A stretch of 64,000 nt of DNA from an uncultured virus (IMG/VR IMGVR_UViG_3300031519_004497) (Duplodnaviria > Heunggongvirae > Uroviricota > Caudoviricetes): the IMG/VR virus record IMGVR_UViG_3300031519_004497. The stretch is one strand, 5' to 3'. The notes under the pieces were generated by a model, which was given only the letters and a program-made list of their open reading frames with translations, did not search any database and was not told the origin of the DNA. Each line of letters begins with the position of its first letter. Positions within the stretch are counted from its first letter, which is position 1. The translations under genes were made by a program, and so were the position numbers. Shown here one piece after another: positions 55,185 through 64,000 of this stretch.

Positions 55185-56720
55185 TTAAACCTCCATCCAG
55201 CCGAGCGTTGAGTTTGCATACACAAGCTGAGAGCCAGCACTTGCAGCAATTTCACCGTTATCGGCAGTGCTATTAATTTTATCTGAACCATTGCGAGCGA
55301 TTGTGACTGTCGCACTGGAATTGTTTCTTACTGATACACTGTGTCCTGCTACTCCGGCGGGGAGCGTAATTGTTACTGCGCTTGTCCCCGTCACCATAAT
55401 TTGCGAACCGTTGACAGCAGTGACAGCAGTGGCAGTGATAACCCATGCGTTGTATGACAAAACTGGAGCCGCTACTGTTCCAAAACTTAATACATTGTTG
55501 CCATCGGTTTTTAGAAACTGACCCGCAGTTCCGTCAGTAACAGCTAACTTTGCTATATCAACAGCATTGTTGGCTATAGTAAGGGCTGCCCCTCCTGTTA
55601 CATCACCGGTATGTGTAGTGATAGCATTTGTTACTTTAGCAGTATTAGCAGTTATAGCACTGTTAATAGAGTTTGCTAGTTTATCAGCAGTAACTGCGTC
55701 GTCTGCTATAAGTGCAGTAGTAACTGCATCGTCTGCTATAAGTGCAGTAGTAACTGCATCGTCTGCTATAAGTGCAGTTGTAATCTGGGCATCTGCTATC
55801 TTGGCTGTAGTAACTGCATCATCTGCAAGGTCAACCGTTATAATAGTACCATTCACTAGTTTAGCAGTAGTAATACTGTTATCAGGAATACTTGCGTTAC
55901 TTATAGCACCCGCTGCGAACTTGGCTGCGGTTATAGAACCGTCTGCTATTTTTGCAGTAGTAACACTATTATTATCTGGTGTTCCTATTGTTACTGCACT
56001 TGCTGCGTATCTTACTACTTCTACGCTTGTAGAATTTGCTGGTGCAGTAGAAAATGTAAGAGTAGTACCACTAATACTATATGTTGCTTTCTCCTGATAC
56101 ACACCGTTTAAGTATACTTGTGTGTTTACTTCTAAGCCAGGATCTCCGCCCATTGTGAAAGTAGTATCGCTTCCATCACCTGTAAACTCGTCTACAAATA
56201 TGCCCAGAGGCGTAGCACTTGTTAATATTTGAGTAGGACGATAAGGGTAAACGAATACGTGACTACTGCTTTCTACATATACTAAAGGCTGTGATATGCC
56301 TGGCTCTGTTGCTGTGAGAGCACCCGCTGTAGTAGCGTCTAGGTAATACCACTGCCCTACTGTTAAACCATGTGAAGTTAACTCAAATCTTCCTGACTGA
56401 GCTACTGTAAATGTGTTACTGTTTGCTACCTCTACTACCACACCAAGTGCGAGAGTAGTGCCGCCACTGGCTACTGCTTTTACCCATGCTGTACCATTAT
56501 GACGAATTCCATCTTTTACTGCAAGTCCATGACTACTTTGAGTGACTTCAGTAGTAGAACCACCAGAGCCTCCTCCTCCAATCTCAATTATAGTATTCGC
56601 ATTGTCCCGAACATATAACTTCTTATCAGCGGTGTTGATTGCAATTTCGCCCTCAACAAGATCACCTGTTCCCGGAGCGCCAGCAGTAAACTTCCGCTTT
56701 GGCCTAATTACCATTGCCAT
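55185..56720 (-). CDS. Modular tail fibre protein
   Basis: GEIAINTADKKLY N-terminal module, 10-aa LIADDAVTTA repeats, C-terminal TITLPAG domain. Confidence 0.7.
   Translation of the reverse strand: MAMVIRPKRKFTAGAPGTGDLVEGEIAINTADKKLYVRDNANTIIEIGGGGSGGSTTEVTQSSHGLAVKDGIRHNGTAWVKAVASGGTTLALGVVVEVANSNTFTVAQSGRFELTSHGLTVGQWYYLDATTAGALTATEPGISQPLVYVESSSHVFVYPYRPTQILTSATPLGIFVDEFTGDGSDTTFTMGGDPGLEVNTQVYLNGVYQEKATYSISGTTLTFSTAPANSTSVEVVRYAASAVTIGTPDNNSVTTAKIADGSITAAKFAAGAISNASIPDNSITTAKLVNGTIITVDLADDAVTTAKIADAQITTALIADDAVTTALIADDAVTTALIADDAVTADKLANSINSAITANTAKVTNAITTHTGDVTGGAALTIANNAVDIAKLAVTDGTAGQFLKTDGNNVLSFGTVAAPVLSYNAWVITATAVTAVNGSQIMVTGTSAVTITLPAGVAGHSVSVRNNSSATVTIARNGSDKINSTADNGEIAASAGSQLVYANSTLGWMEV
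55690..55826. repeat. 30-bp tandem repeat (LIADDAVTTA units)
   Basis: GTAACTGCATCGTCTGCTATAAGTGCAGTA near-perfect x3 plus degenerate copies. Confidence 0.85.
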
Positions 56721-56732
56721 CGCTATCTCCTA

Positions 56733-57857
56733 TTAAGTATATGTTCCGCCGTCTAAGGAATTCGTCCATGAAACTGTGTCTGAGGATGCAGTGTAGAGAA
56801 GTACCTTATCTGAAGTTCCGCCGCCGTCTAAAGCGGAAAGAGTATCTGCTGTGTTTGCTACAAGTACTGAACCTTTAGGTGCTGCTCCTAACCCCGTTCC
56901 ACCGTCTGCTACTGCAAGGTCTGTGATACCCGAGATTGATCCGCCCGTGATTGCTACAGAAGCACTTTCTAAGTTTGCTACAAGAGTTGCTACTGCGTAC
57001 CCTGCTCCGCTTGTATTTACTGTGGTAGTTGGAGCTACTTGAAGACTATTAAACAATCTCCATTTCTGATCTGTTGCATCTCGGAAAAGACCTGTATACT
57101 CGTCTTGTGAGCCACTATCATCATATAGGCCATAGAATCCAATGTCTAAAGCATCCGAGGAATTATTACCTGTGGCAAGAGACAGCATAGAGTCAGCTAC
57201 ATTAACAGTAGTAGATGAAACAGTGGTAGTTGAACCGCTTACCGTAAGGTTTCCTGAGATTGTAACGTTAGTAGGAAGTCCAAAAGTAATTTTATTATTA
57301 GATACAACTGTCTCTATTTCGTTTGCTGTACCTTCGAAAGTAAGCGTGTCTGTGCCTACTGCAACCACATCTGCAGTACCGCTATCTGCTCCTACAGTAA
57401 GCGAACTGGCTTGAACTATCCAACTTAAAACACCAGAGCCATCTGTAGACAGTACTCTGCCTGATACAGGACTTTGTGGCAAAGTATAAGTTAAATCAGA
57501 AGAAACTGCGGCAGGTGATTGCAGCTTTATAGAGTTTGTACCGTTATTAGAACCCTCAAAAAACATTATAGATGCTGGAGTATTTGTATTTCCAATTTTT
57601 AATGCGTCAATTTTAGAATTGGAATCAACAAGTATAGCACTACTAGCAGTAAGAGTACCTGCGGTATGGTCTAGCATATTCGTAAAGAATGAGCCACCTA
57701 CAAGTTCGGGGGTATTACCTCCACCATTAAGATGACCTATAGCAAGCTTTTTACCATGAGTCCCACCACTACCGTAAGCATAGAATAGCTCGCCTTGTGC
57801 TACATCGGTAGGCTTACCATTACCGGTACTTCGTTTTATTTTAATTGTTTGAGCCAT
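56733..57857 (-). CDS. Tail fibre protein
   Basis: MAQTIKIKRS...GELFY start, GNLTVSG, DLAVADGGTG, LDGGTY end. Confidence 0.7.
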   Translation of the reverse strand: MAQTIKIKRSTGNGKPTDVAQGELFYAYGSGGTHGKKLAIGHLNGGGNTPELVGGSFFTNMLDHTAGTLTASSAILVDSNSKIDALKIGNTNTPASIMFFEGSNNGTNSIKLQSPAAVSSDLTYTLPQSPVSGRVLSTDGSGVLSWIVQASSLTVGADSGTADVVAVGTDTLTFEGTANEIETVVSNNKITFGLPTNVTISGNLTVSGSTTTVSSTTVNVADSMLSLATGNNSSDALDIGFYGLYDDSGSQDEYTGLFRDATDQKWRLFNSLQVAPTTTVNTSGAGYAVATLVANLESASVAITGGSISGITDLAVADGGTGLGAAPKGSVLVANTADTLSALDGGGTSDKVLLYTASSDTVSWTNSLDGGTYT

Positions 57858-57874
57858 TGGAACTCCGAGTTATC

Positions 57875-58288
57875 CTAGTAGGATCCTGCGTCTACTGTAT
57901 CCGAATCACCTCCAGCTGCTCCCACTATTATGGGAACCCACTGAAATGTGCCTGTACTTGTTTCTCTATAGACTTTTAATTGATCATCATCTGTGTCGTA
58001 CCATGTGTCTCCTTCCTGTACCGTTGAGCCAGTAGGAGCTGAAGCACTTCTAAAATCTTGGTCTGCTAATTGCTTAAGAGCATCTGTTAAATTAGTCGCT
58101 GTGATTGTGTTGTAAGGAACAACAGTAACATTAGAAGAGGTAATTTGCCCTGGTACTTCAAAAGGTATTGCTAAAGTATATGCTTGTACTGTAGTGACAT
58201 CATCGACAAGGTTAACGCTTATTACATCTCCTGAAGTAGTCACATCTGTAACGGCTTCAGTAATTTCCAAAGTAGTTTGACTGCTCAT
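57875..58288 (-). CDS. Fibre adaptor/structural protein
   Basis: APTG..EGDTWYDT...LKVY, DAGSY end. Confidence 0.55.
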   Translation of the reverse strand: MSSQTTLEITEAVTDVTTSGDVISVNLVDDVTTVQAYTLAIPFEVPGQITSSNVTVVPYNTITATNLTDALKQLADQDFRSASAPTGSTVQEGDTWYDTDDDQLKVYRETSTGTFQWVPIIVGAAGGDSDTVDAGSY

Positions 58289-58623
58289 CTTGTAACCTCT
58301 GGAGTCAGAGTCACATCTCCTTGTATTATGCGTTTGACAATAGAGTCACTAGCAGTGAAAATTTCTAAGTCGTATATGTACTGTCCTGCTGCCACATTCT
58401 TACTAGTACTCCCTGGGAGTTGCATTTTTAAAGCTCCCTGAACTGCATTAGTAACAGTAACAGTAAACGTAGCAGATACAGACGCAGCACTATGGGCTGT
58501 ACGCATCTGTGCCCTGCCTGAGTAATTAGTCAGATTTAGGGCCGTACCTGCCTGCTTAATCACCAAGTCAAGAGCAAAGTCGGAGCCTTGGTCGATCACT
58601 AAGTTGTATGTTCCTGCACTCAT
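58285..58623 (-). CDS. Tail collar/fibre-attachment protein (BppU-N/T5 p132-like)
   Basis: YNLVIDQGSDF...YIYDLEI...RIIQG.VTLTPEVTR; downstream of the central fibre. Confidence 0.6.
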   Translation of the reverse strand: MSAGTYNLVIDQGSDFALDLVIKQAGTALNLTNYSGRAQMRTAHSAASVSATFTVTVTNAVQGALKMQLPGSTSKNVAAGQYIYDLEIFTASDSIVKRIIQGDVTLTPEVTR

Positions 58624-58643
58624 GTCTTTTTCTCCATTGTGAA

Positions 58644-58672
58644 ATTATATCCCAAAGGACATACTTAGTCAA
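58644..58672 (-). promoter_or_regulatory. sigma70 promoter driving the fibre array
   Basis: Reverse strand TTGACT-17-TATAAT upstream of a GGAG RBS. Confidence 0.75.
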
Positions 58673-58693
58673 GTTTTATTTTTTAGGTGGTTC

Positions 58694-61600
58694 CTAAGAT
58701 AGTTTACCTATTACTACTCTAGGAGTACCGCTGTCATAAATGGTAATTTTATTAGTGCCTCCAGTTGTTTGTAATACAATAGCATTAGTAACAGTACCTC
58801 CATTACCCGTACCCGTATTAGTAGGAGTGCCTGTGCCAGTTTTTATACTGCCTCCAGTTCCTGTACCATCTGCGCTAGTTGTTCTTAGGGAAATAAATCC
58901 TGCCCCTACTACTGTATCAGATAAGCTGTCTCCTCCAACAGCTGCCAAAAAAGCATTAGCGCCCGTAGAGTTGCCTAGGTCATAAGTATCTGTAGGTCTA
59001 GTACCGCTCCCAGTTATTGTCAGTTTACCTTTAAATTCTGCATCACTAGATGATACTCTAAACGTAGGAGTAGCGATATAACCCCCTATCAAATTAAAGT
59101 AAGATCCTGCAGTAGTAAAAACGGAGCCGGTGGCATTAGAATCGCTTATAGCACTTCCTGATATATTTGCATTATTAGACGTTAATACACCTGTTTTAAT
59201 GTGGTCTCCATCAATAGTAGTACTGCCGTCGCTGAAAGTTCCAGTACCATTCTGAAACCTTACGACTCCATTAAAAGTTGTAAACCTAACAACAGAAGAG
59301 AATGTTACATCTGCTATAGTCGACGCGCCTGCCGTTGCTTCTTCGCCATAATACCTAACAGTATAATGTATATTATCACTCGCAACCACTTGAGGTCGTG
59401 GAATATTACTCCATACATTTAAGCCTCCACTACCAGAACCGGCATAGTCAGTAATACCCGTACCTGATACTAGCCCCGTACCAAATGTATACGGGTGCAC
59501 TCCACTACTTGGAGCAGCTGGAGCAGTTGCGGGAGATGAAGACTTCTCATAATACAGATAACCTTGTATACTTCTTTTCCCTGCGGCACCTGCACCTCCT
59601 GGGTCTCCATCTGCTCCTGGGTTCCCTTGGTCTCCTTGTGGCCCGGGCCCTCCCTCCTTAATCTTACCGATAGTATAGGTGGTTGTTTTCTGTTTTTCTG
59701 TGTTATCAGGATCTAACCTTTCCCTAGCCTTTATAGTAAATACTAAAGGAGTTGTACTATAAGAGATTGCAGCACTACTGTTATGTACTACTTTAGAAAG
59801 AGCACCTGATGTAGAAGCAGTATAAGCAGTAGAACTATCTGCCGTTTGGTTTGTTTGTGAAAACCCTGCGCCTGTTACATTAAATTCTGCATCAGTATAC
59901 CCAAGCCCCGCTATATCTAAGCTGATGTTACTATAACTAGTCGTCTGTGTACCACTTGAATTATAATTAATTATAGTAGTATCAGATTTAACAGCTACTT
60001 GTCTAATAGAGTTATTTAAGTCAGGTGTTATATCTAAGAAAGTCATTACACCTTTAGTGCCCCCTAATTTATACGTGCCCGACCCCGTAGAGTCGTAACT
60101 GACAGGCGCTATTAAGAAATCGTCTTCGTAGTCTATATCTAATTCTTGCTTTTTCAGAGCCTGACCTGTAGCACTAGCAGTAGTCCACGGTCTATCTAAA
60201 TACATCTTAGTATCACTAAGTATAAGGGCTATTTTTCCTGCAAAAGCAGTACCAATAGTTACTACATCAGGTATTTTTAGGTTTAGAAACCCAGAACCTA
60301 CAATTAGTGAACTGCCTTGAGTAACGCTAACATTACCAGCACTAGTCCAAATACTAGCTGCATTAGCTGTATACTTTATAGCGTCGTACCAGTAGTCTAT
60401 GCTACTTCCAAAGGTAGTAGTATCAGTTTTTCGCACTACTAATCTAAGGGCATTAGCATTAGGAGACGCTAAGTCCACCTTACTAAAGTCTAACATTAGA
60501 TAAGCATTTGCCCCCGACGGCCAGCTTGCATTAGCTAGAGCAGTACAGGAAAGAGAGTAACTATCCGCGTCGGCTATAGTGTTCTGCTTAGCTGCTTGAG
60601 ACTTACCAAAAGGAGCAATAATATAAGAGCTTGCCGCAAAAGTAACTAGCCCCTTAGTACTGCCAGAATTAACAGGAGGGGCTAAATCTACTGTAGATGA
60701 TCCTCCTTTTAACATACCCCCTAACCTACCGTTAGGCCCTTGCTGTTCAAATATATCATCAATTTCAAGGTTAACGCGTGCAGGAGCAGAACGCCGCCCT
60801 TTAGAACTAATTGTTGTGACCGTTACAATATGAGACCCTTCTCTAACCTTTGTATAAATATGGGAAGTTTCCTCTGAAGAAACCCTTTGTCCTGAAGTAA
60901 GTCCTATTGCTTCGTCTCCAAAAGTATGCCCTATCTCATATTCGCCTAAATGCTCATATTCCCCAAATCCCCCACCAGAGCCTTCTGCTGCAGGGTTATC
61001 CCACTCTACAACTAATTCCTCCCCCGGAGTCACATCACTAGGCGTTCTTAACACCCTAAGATTTATAGGCGAAGGAACATCATCAGTAGTATTCTCTTTA
61101 GGGTACAAAGGATCTGGTAGTGCTAATGTAAAGTCTCTGTCTACTAAGTCAAACTTAGTATTATAATGTTCTACTGCTGTTATATCGAACTCGGTAGGGC
61201 CGGACTCATTTATACCCAGTATTTTATATTCCTTGTAGGAGTTAACAGTATTTAAGCCCTCAGAACTAGTTTGTTTTATTGCCCACACTACTCCATTTGT
61301 AGGAGTAACACTAAAAGCAGAAAGAAGTCCAATGGTATCGCGCCCTTCAGAAGTTGATATAGAGCTTATATTTAGTACTTGTTCTTCTACTAAGGTTTCT
61401 TCTATAAGCTGTAGGTTTACAGGGCGATTACTAGTATCAACTGCACTTACTATATTCTTTTGAGTAGTCTCATCGGTAGAGTGAAGGATGGTTGTTGTAG
61501 CTCCTCCTATTGTAGCGGAGACTACTTCATCCCCTCTATTAAACGTTGTTGTGCCTCCTGCTGCATTTGCGAGAGTAGCTACCTCTTGGTTCAATACTAC

Positions 61601-64000
61601 AGTTTTTTTAGGTAATATTACAGCTATAGTATATGTGTACCCTGAAGCAAGATGGCTAGAAACCTCTCTGTCAATAGTTATAGAACTACTGTTACAGCTA
61701 TTTACTCTGCCACTAAAGGGCACTCTGAAGTCTGCCTCATCCTGTAAGTTTATTATGTCTCCTGGGCCTAAGAAAGCTGCATTTATGCCCGTCTTAAAAG
61801 AGACTAACTCTGTTTGGTTAATAGCAGTCCATAATTTCCATCTACCATATCGTATTGCTTGCCCTTCTGAAGTACACCCAAACGCTACAGCTTTCTCACT
61901 TTTAACTGTCCCTGTCTTGAGCTGGTTTTCTCTATCCTCAATTATTATAGGTTCTAACTTATACTCCGCTTCAGGGTTATTCCAGCTAACCACAATCTGA
62001 TTAGCGCGTGTCTTACTCCCTGTAGATTGGTACTCAAAGGTTCCGTCTATAACATTGGATCGGCTAAAAGTATAGATAGGCTCTTTAGGCTCATCTAAAA
62101 TTGCACTGAACTGTGAGTCTGACCAAAATAACATACCTCTAAATACTGTTGCGAAGTCTTTTAGTATTTTATAAGCATCAGTGGCTTTAGTTAAGTATAT
62201 ATTGGATCTGAAACGAGGCTCAGTTCCTCCTTTACCATCAGGAACTAGTTCATCACAGTACTTAGCGACTTTATATAGAGAAAACTTATCAATATCTGTT
62301 GAAAGTAGATAATCTCCTAGACCATACCTATTATTGGTGCATATGTCATAAAAAACCCAAGCAGGATTATCGGTATATACAGGATTGGGTCGAAATGAGC
62401 CATCCCAAAGCTGCGGAGAGTTCATATTACCTACATCACCCGTTTCATTAATTCGAGTATACTTGGCACTTAAGTCACCTGTTTCCTCCCTAGTTATGTA
62501 ATTTGCTGGAACTTGTACTTTTAGTCCATAGCACTCGTAGCCTCTGGTAGGTTGGCTCTGGAACGTCTTAGAACTGAATGAAGTATTCGCATAGGCAGTG
62601 TATGGAAAGCTTAGCTTTTCTTTTACTAGACCTATAGCCTGGGCTACTGAAGAAGGATAAACACCTGAATAATGTTTATCAGGGTCTCCTCCAGACGCTG
62701 CTCTAGCAGCATTACCCTTTGCACTTTCAAAACTGCTTTTTATTCCTCCCGCTCGGTTAGTCGAACTAGAAGTTCTATTCCCACCAAATCTATGTTCAAT
62801 AGTAAAGTCGTCCGGGTCATCTTTAGTAATGCGGCTTATTCGTATTGTAAAACCAGTAAAAGGCTGTAATCCTTCTAAGTTAATCCTAAACTCTGTAGAA
62901 AATTTAGCTGTTTTCTTAAACACTACGCCCCAGCACTGAGTATCTCTTACACCGTTGTTATTAAGGTCTGCTAAGGGGGCCTGATTTCCCGAAGGAGGTA
63001 GTACGGTATTAAATACTAAAGACCCTCCAGTATGAACCGCTAACTCTATATGATAAGCTACGGCTGCTGGATATTTACTACCAGAGCTTGCACTCTGCAA
63101 ATAGCAACCACTAGGGTAAGACATTAGTATTTTTACTTCATCTATTTGAGCTGCCTGTGCCCCTGTAGAGGTTATAGTAGTATAGTTTGAACCTGTAAAC
63201 TTTACTAACCCAGCATTTGATACATTTAAGGATACAGAACTCGTGCCTACACCTTCCAGAGTACTTGAAGGCTCCTGGTCTAAGGTACCTGTTGAGAACT
63301 GGACTGCTGAATTAGTATACTTCTGAGAAGCCGGTATGTCCCCTAGGGCATTTACACTAGCTCCCACTTCTTTAGTTATTGTGAAGTCAAACTCACCTGT
63401 AAGACCTGGGGCATTATATAGTGTTATCTCGTTGCCTGCAATCGCAGATATCTTAAAAAATCTAGATATAATAAGCTCATGCTCGGTAGACCCATCTCTA
63501 TCAGCAGCCGTTATAGTATTATAATTTATTGAGCCCGTCTGCCAAGTGGCTGTAGTACCTCCTGAAGTAATACCGCTAATTGTGCCTTGTTCAAGCACCT
63601 TTCCAGAAGCTAGTCTTAGTTGCGCTAAAGTTTTTCCTTCTGTGACAAAGGCCGAGTTTATAGTAGAGTTAAATGTAGGGTCAAAATTTCCACCACCTAC
63701 TCTACCAATACCAATATTCTCAGGCATTGCGGGTAGACTGATGATATCGGCTGAGATAGCAGGCATATAAGGTCTATAACTAGATATTATAACTTTTATA
63801 ACAGAAATCTTCTCTATAAGTAAGTACTTATCCCCCTCTGATACTTTAGCTTTAAATATTTCACCATTTGTTAGTACTTGAGCGGTAACATCAGTATTAC
63901 TATCAAGCTTTATTTTAGTAGAACTATTGCTATAAATTTGGTCATTTTCATCATCTATAGGATCATTATTTAGGAATACACTTCTACTTCCATTTACCAG
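58694..64000 (-). CDS. Central tail fibre/tip attachment protein (lambda J/T5 pb3-like), 5' partial
   Basis: YTDNPAWVFYD..TNNRYGLG, YCDELVPDGKGGTEPRF, FGCTSEGQAIRYGRW, FNIII-like region; frame stays open from 63766 to the window end (LVNGSRSVFLNNDP...). Confidence 0.9.
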   Translation of the reverse strand: MVNGSRSVFLNNDPIDDENDQIYSNSSTKIKLDSNTDVTAQVLTNGEIFKAKVSEGDKYLLIEKISVIKVIISSYRPYMPAISADIISLPAMPENIGIGRVGGGNFDPTFNSTINSAFVTEGKTLAQLRLASGKVLEQGTISGITSGGTTATWQTGSINYNTITAADRDGSTEHELIISRFFKISAIAGNEITLYNAPGLTGEFDFTITKEVGASVNALGDIPASQKYTNSAVQFSTGTLDQEPSSTLEGVGTSSVSLNVSNAGLVKFTGSNYTTITSTGAQAAQIDEVKILMSYPSGCYLQSASSGSKYPAAVAYHIELAVHTGGSLVFNTVLPPSGNQAPLADLNNNGVRDTQCWGVVFKKTAKFSTEFRINLEGLQPFTGFTIRISRITKDDPDDFTIEHRFGGNRTSSSTNRAGGIKSSFESAKGNAARAASGGDPDKHYSGVYPSSVAQAIGLVKEKLSFPYTAYANTSFSSKTFQSQPTRGYECYGLKVQVPANYITREETGDLSAKYTRINETGDVGNMNSPQLWDGSFRPNPVYTDNPAWVFYDICTNNRYGLGDYLLSTDIDKFSLYKVAKYCDELVPDGKGGTEPRFRSNIYLTKATDAYKILKDFATVFRGMLFWSDSQFSAILDEPKEPIYTFSRSNVIDGTFEYQSTGSKTRANQIVVSWNNPEAEYKLEPIIIEDRENQLKTGTVKSEKAVAFGCTSEGQAIRYGRWKLWTAINQTELVSFKTGINAAFLGPGDIINLQDEADFRVPFSGRVNSCNSSSITIDREVSSHLASGYTYTIAVILPKKTVVLNQEVATLANAAGGTTTFNRGDEVVSATIGGATTTILHSTDETTQKNIVSAVDTSNRPVNLQLIEETLVEEQVLNISSISTSEGRDTIGLLSAFSVTPTNGVVWAIKQTSSEGLNTVNSYKEYKILGINESGPTEFDITAVEHYNTKFDLVDRDFTLALPDPLYPKENTTDDVPSPINLRVLRTPSDVTPGEELVVEWDNPAAEGSGGGFGEYEHLGEYEIGHTFGDEAIGLTSGQRVSSEETSHIYTKVREGSHIVTVTTISSKGRRSAPARVNLEIDDIFEQQGPNGRLGGMLKGGSSTVDLAPPVNSGSTKGLVTFAASSYIIAPFGKSQAAKQNTIADADSYSLSCTALANASWPSGANAYLMLDFSKVDLASPNANALRLVVRKTDTTTFGSSIDYWYDAIKYTANAASIWTSAGNVSVTQGSSLIVGSGFLNLKIPDVVTIGTAFAGKIALILSDTKMYLDRPWTTASATGQALKKQELDIDYEDDFLIAPVSYDSTGSGTYKLGGTKGVMTFLDITPDLNNSIRQVAVKSDTTIINYNSSGTQTTSYSNISLDIAGLGYTDAEFNVTGAGFSQTNQTADSSTAYTASTSGALSKVVHNSSAAISYSTTPLVFTIKARERLDPDNTEKQKTTTYTIGKIKEGGPGPQGDQGNPGADGDPGGAGAAGKRSIQGYLYYEKSSSPATAPAAPSSGVHPYTFGTGLVSGTGITDYAGSGSGGLNVWSNIPRPQVVASDNIHYTVRYYGEEATAGASTIADVTFSSVVRFTTFNGVVRFQNGTGTFSDGSTTIDGDHIKTGVLTSNNANISGSAISDSNATGSVFTTAGSYFNLIGGYIATPTFRVSSSDAEFKGKLTITGSGTRPTDTYDLGNSTGANAFLAAVGGDSLSDTVVGAGFISLRTTSADGTGTGGSIKTGTGTPTNTGTGNGGTVTNAIVLQTTGGTNKITIYDSGTPRVVIGKLS

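Noticed and set aside
59575..59655. Collagen-like Gly-X-Y stretch in the central fibre
   Set aside because: Real but short, and common in phage fibres

Overview
A 64 kb segment of a lytic T5-like (Demerecviridae-type) tailed phage, probably marine with a Gram-negative (likely gammaproteobacterial) host; the host assignment is inference. (i) 1-~2560 is a compositionally distinct pre-early-like block: membrane protein, HAD phosphatase, DEDDh exonuclease and PPK2. It ends in a repeat- and palindrome-rich spacer resembling the T5 injection-stop signal, next to a near-perfect parS site and a Fur-box-like site. (ii) ~2.6-14.6 kb holds early and accessory genes driven by many near-consensus sigma70 promoters: tRNA-Trp, two candidate structured ncRNAs, bS21, an ArfA-like peptide, MazG-like proteins, SleB, spanins, endolysin, IscA and ThyX-GlyA. 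(iii) 14.5-37.8 kb is the T5-type replication module (D2, D3, PC4-like, split NAD ligase, D5, D6 helicase, primase, PolA, D10-D15, NrdAB) with IscU, PhoH and PyrD inserted. (iv) The last gene of that + strand block is a complete, apparently phage-integrated TonB-dependent outer-membrane receptor (37954-40398), which is the most striking feature. (v) 40.4-64 kb on the - strand is a large array of tail-fibre and virion-appendage genes with shared duplicated modules, ending in a partial central fibre (J-like). All calls come from motif recognition and synteny by eye; no database search was run.
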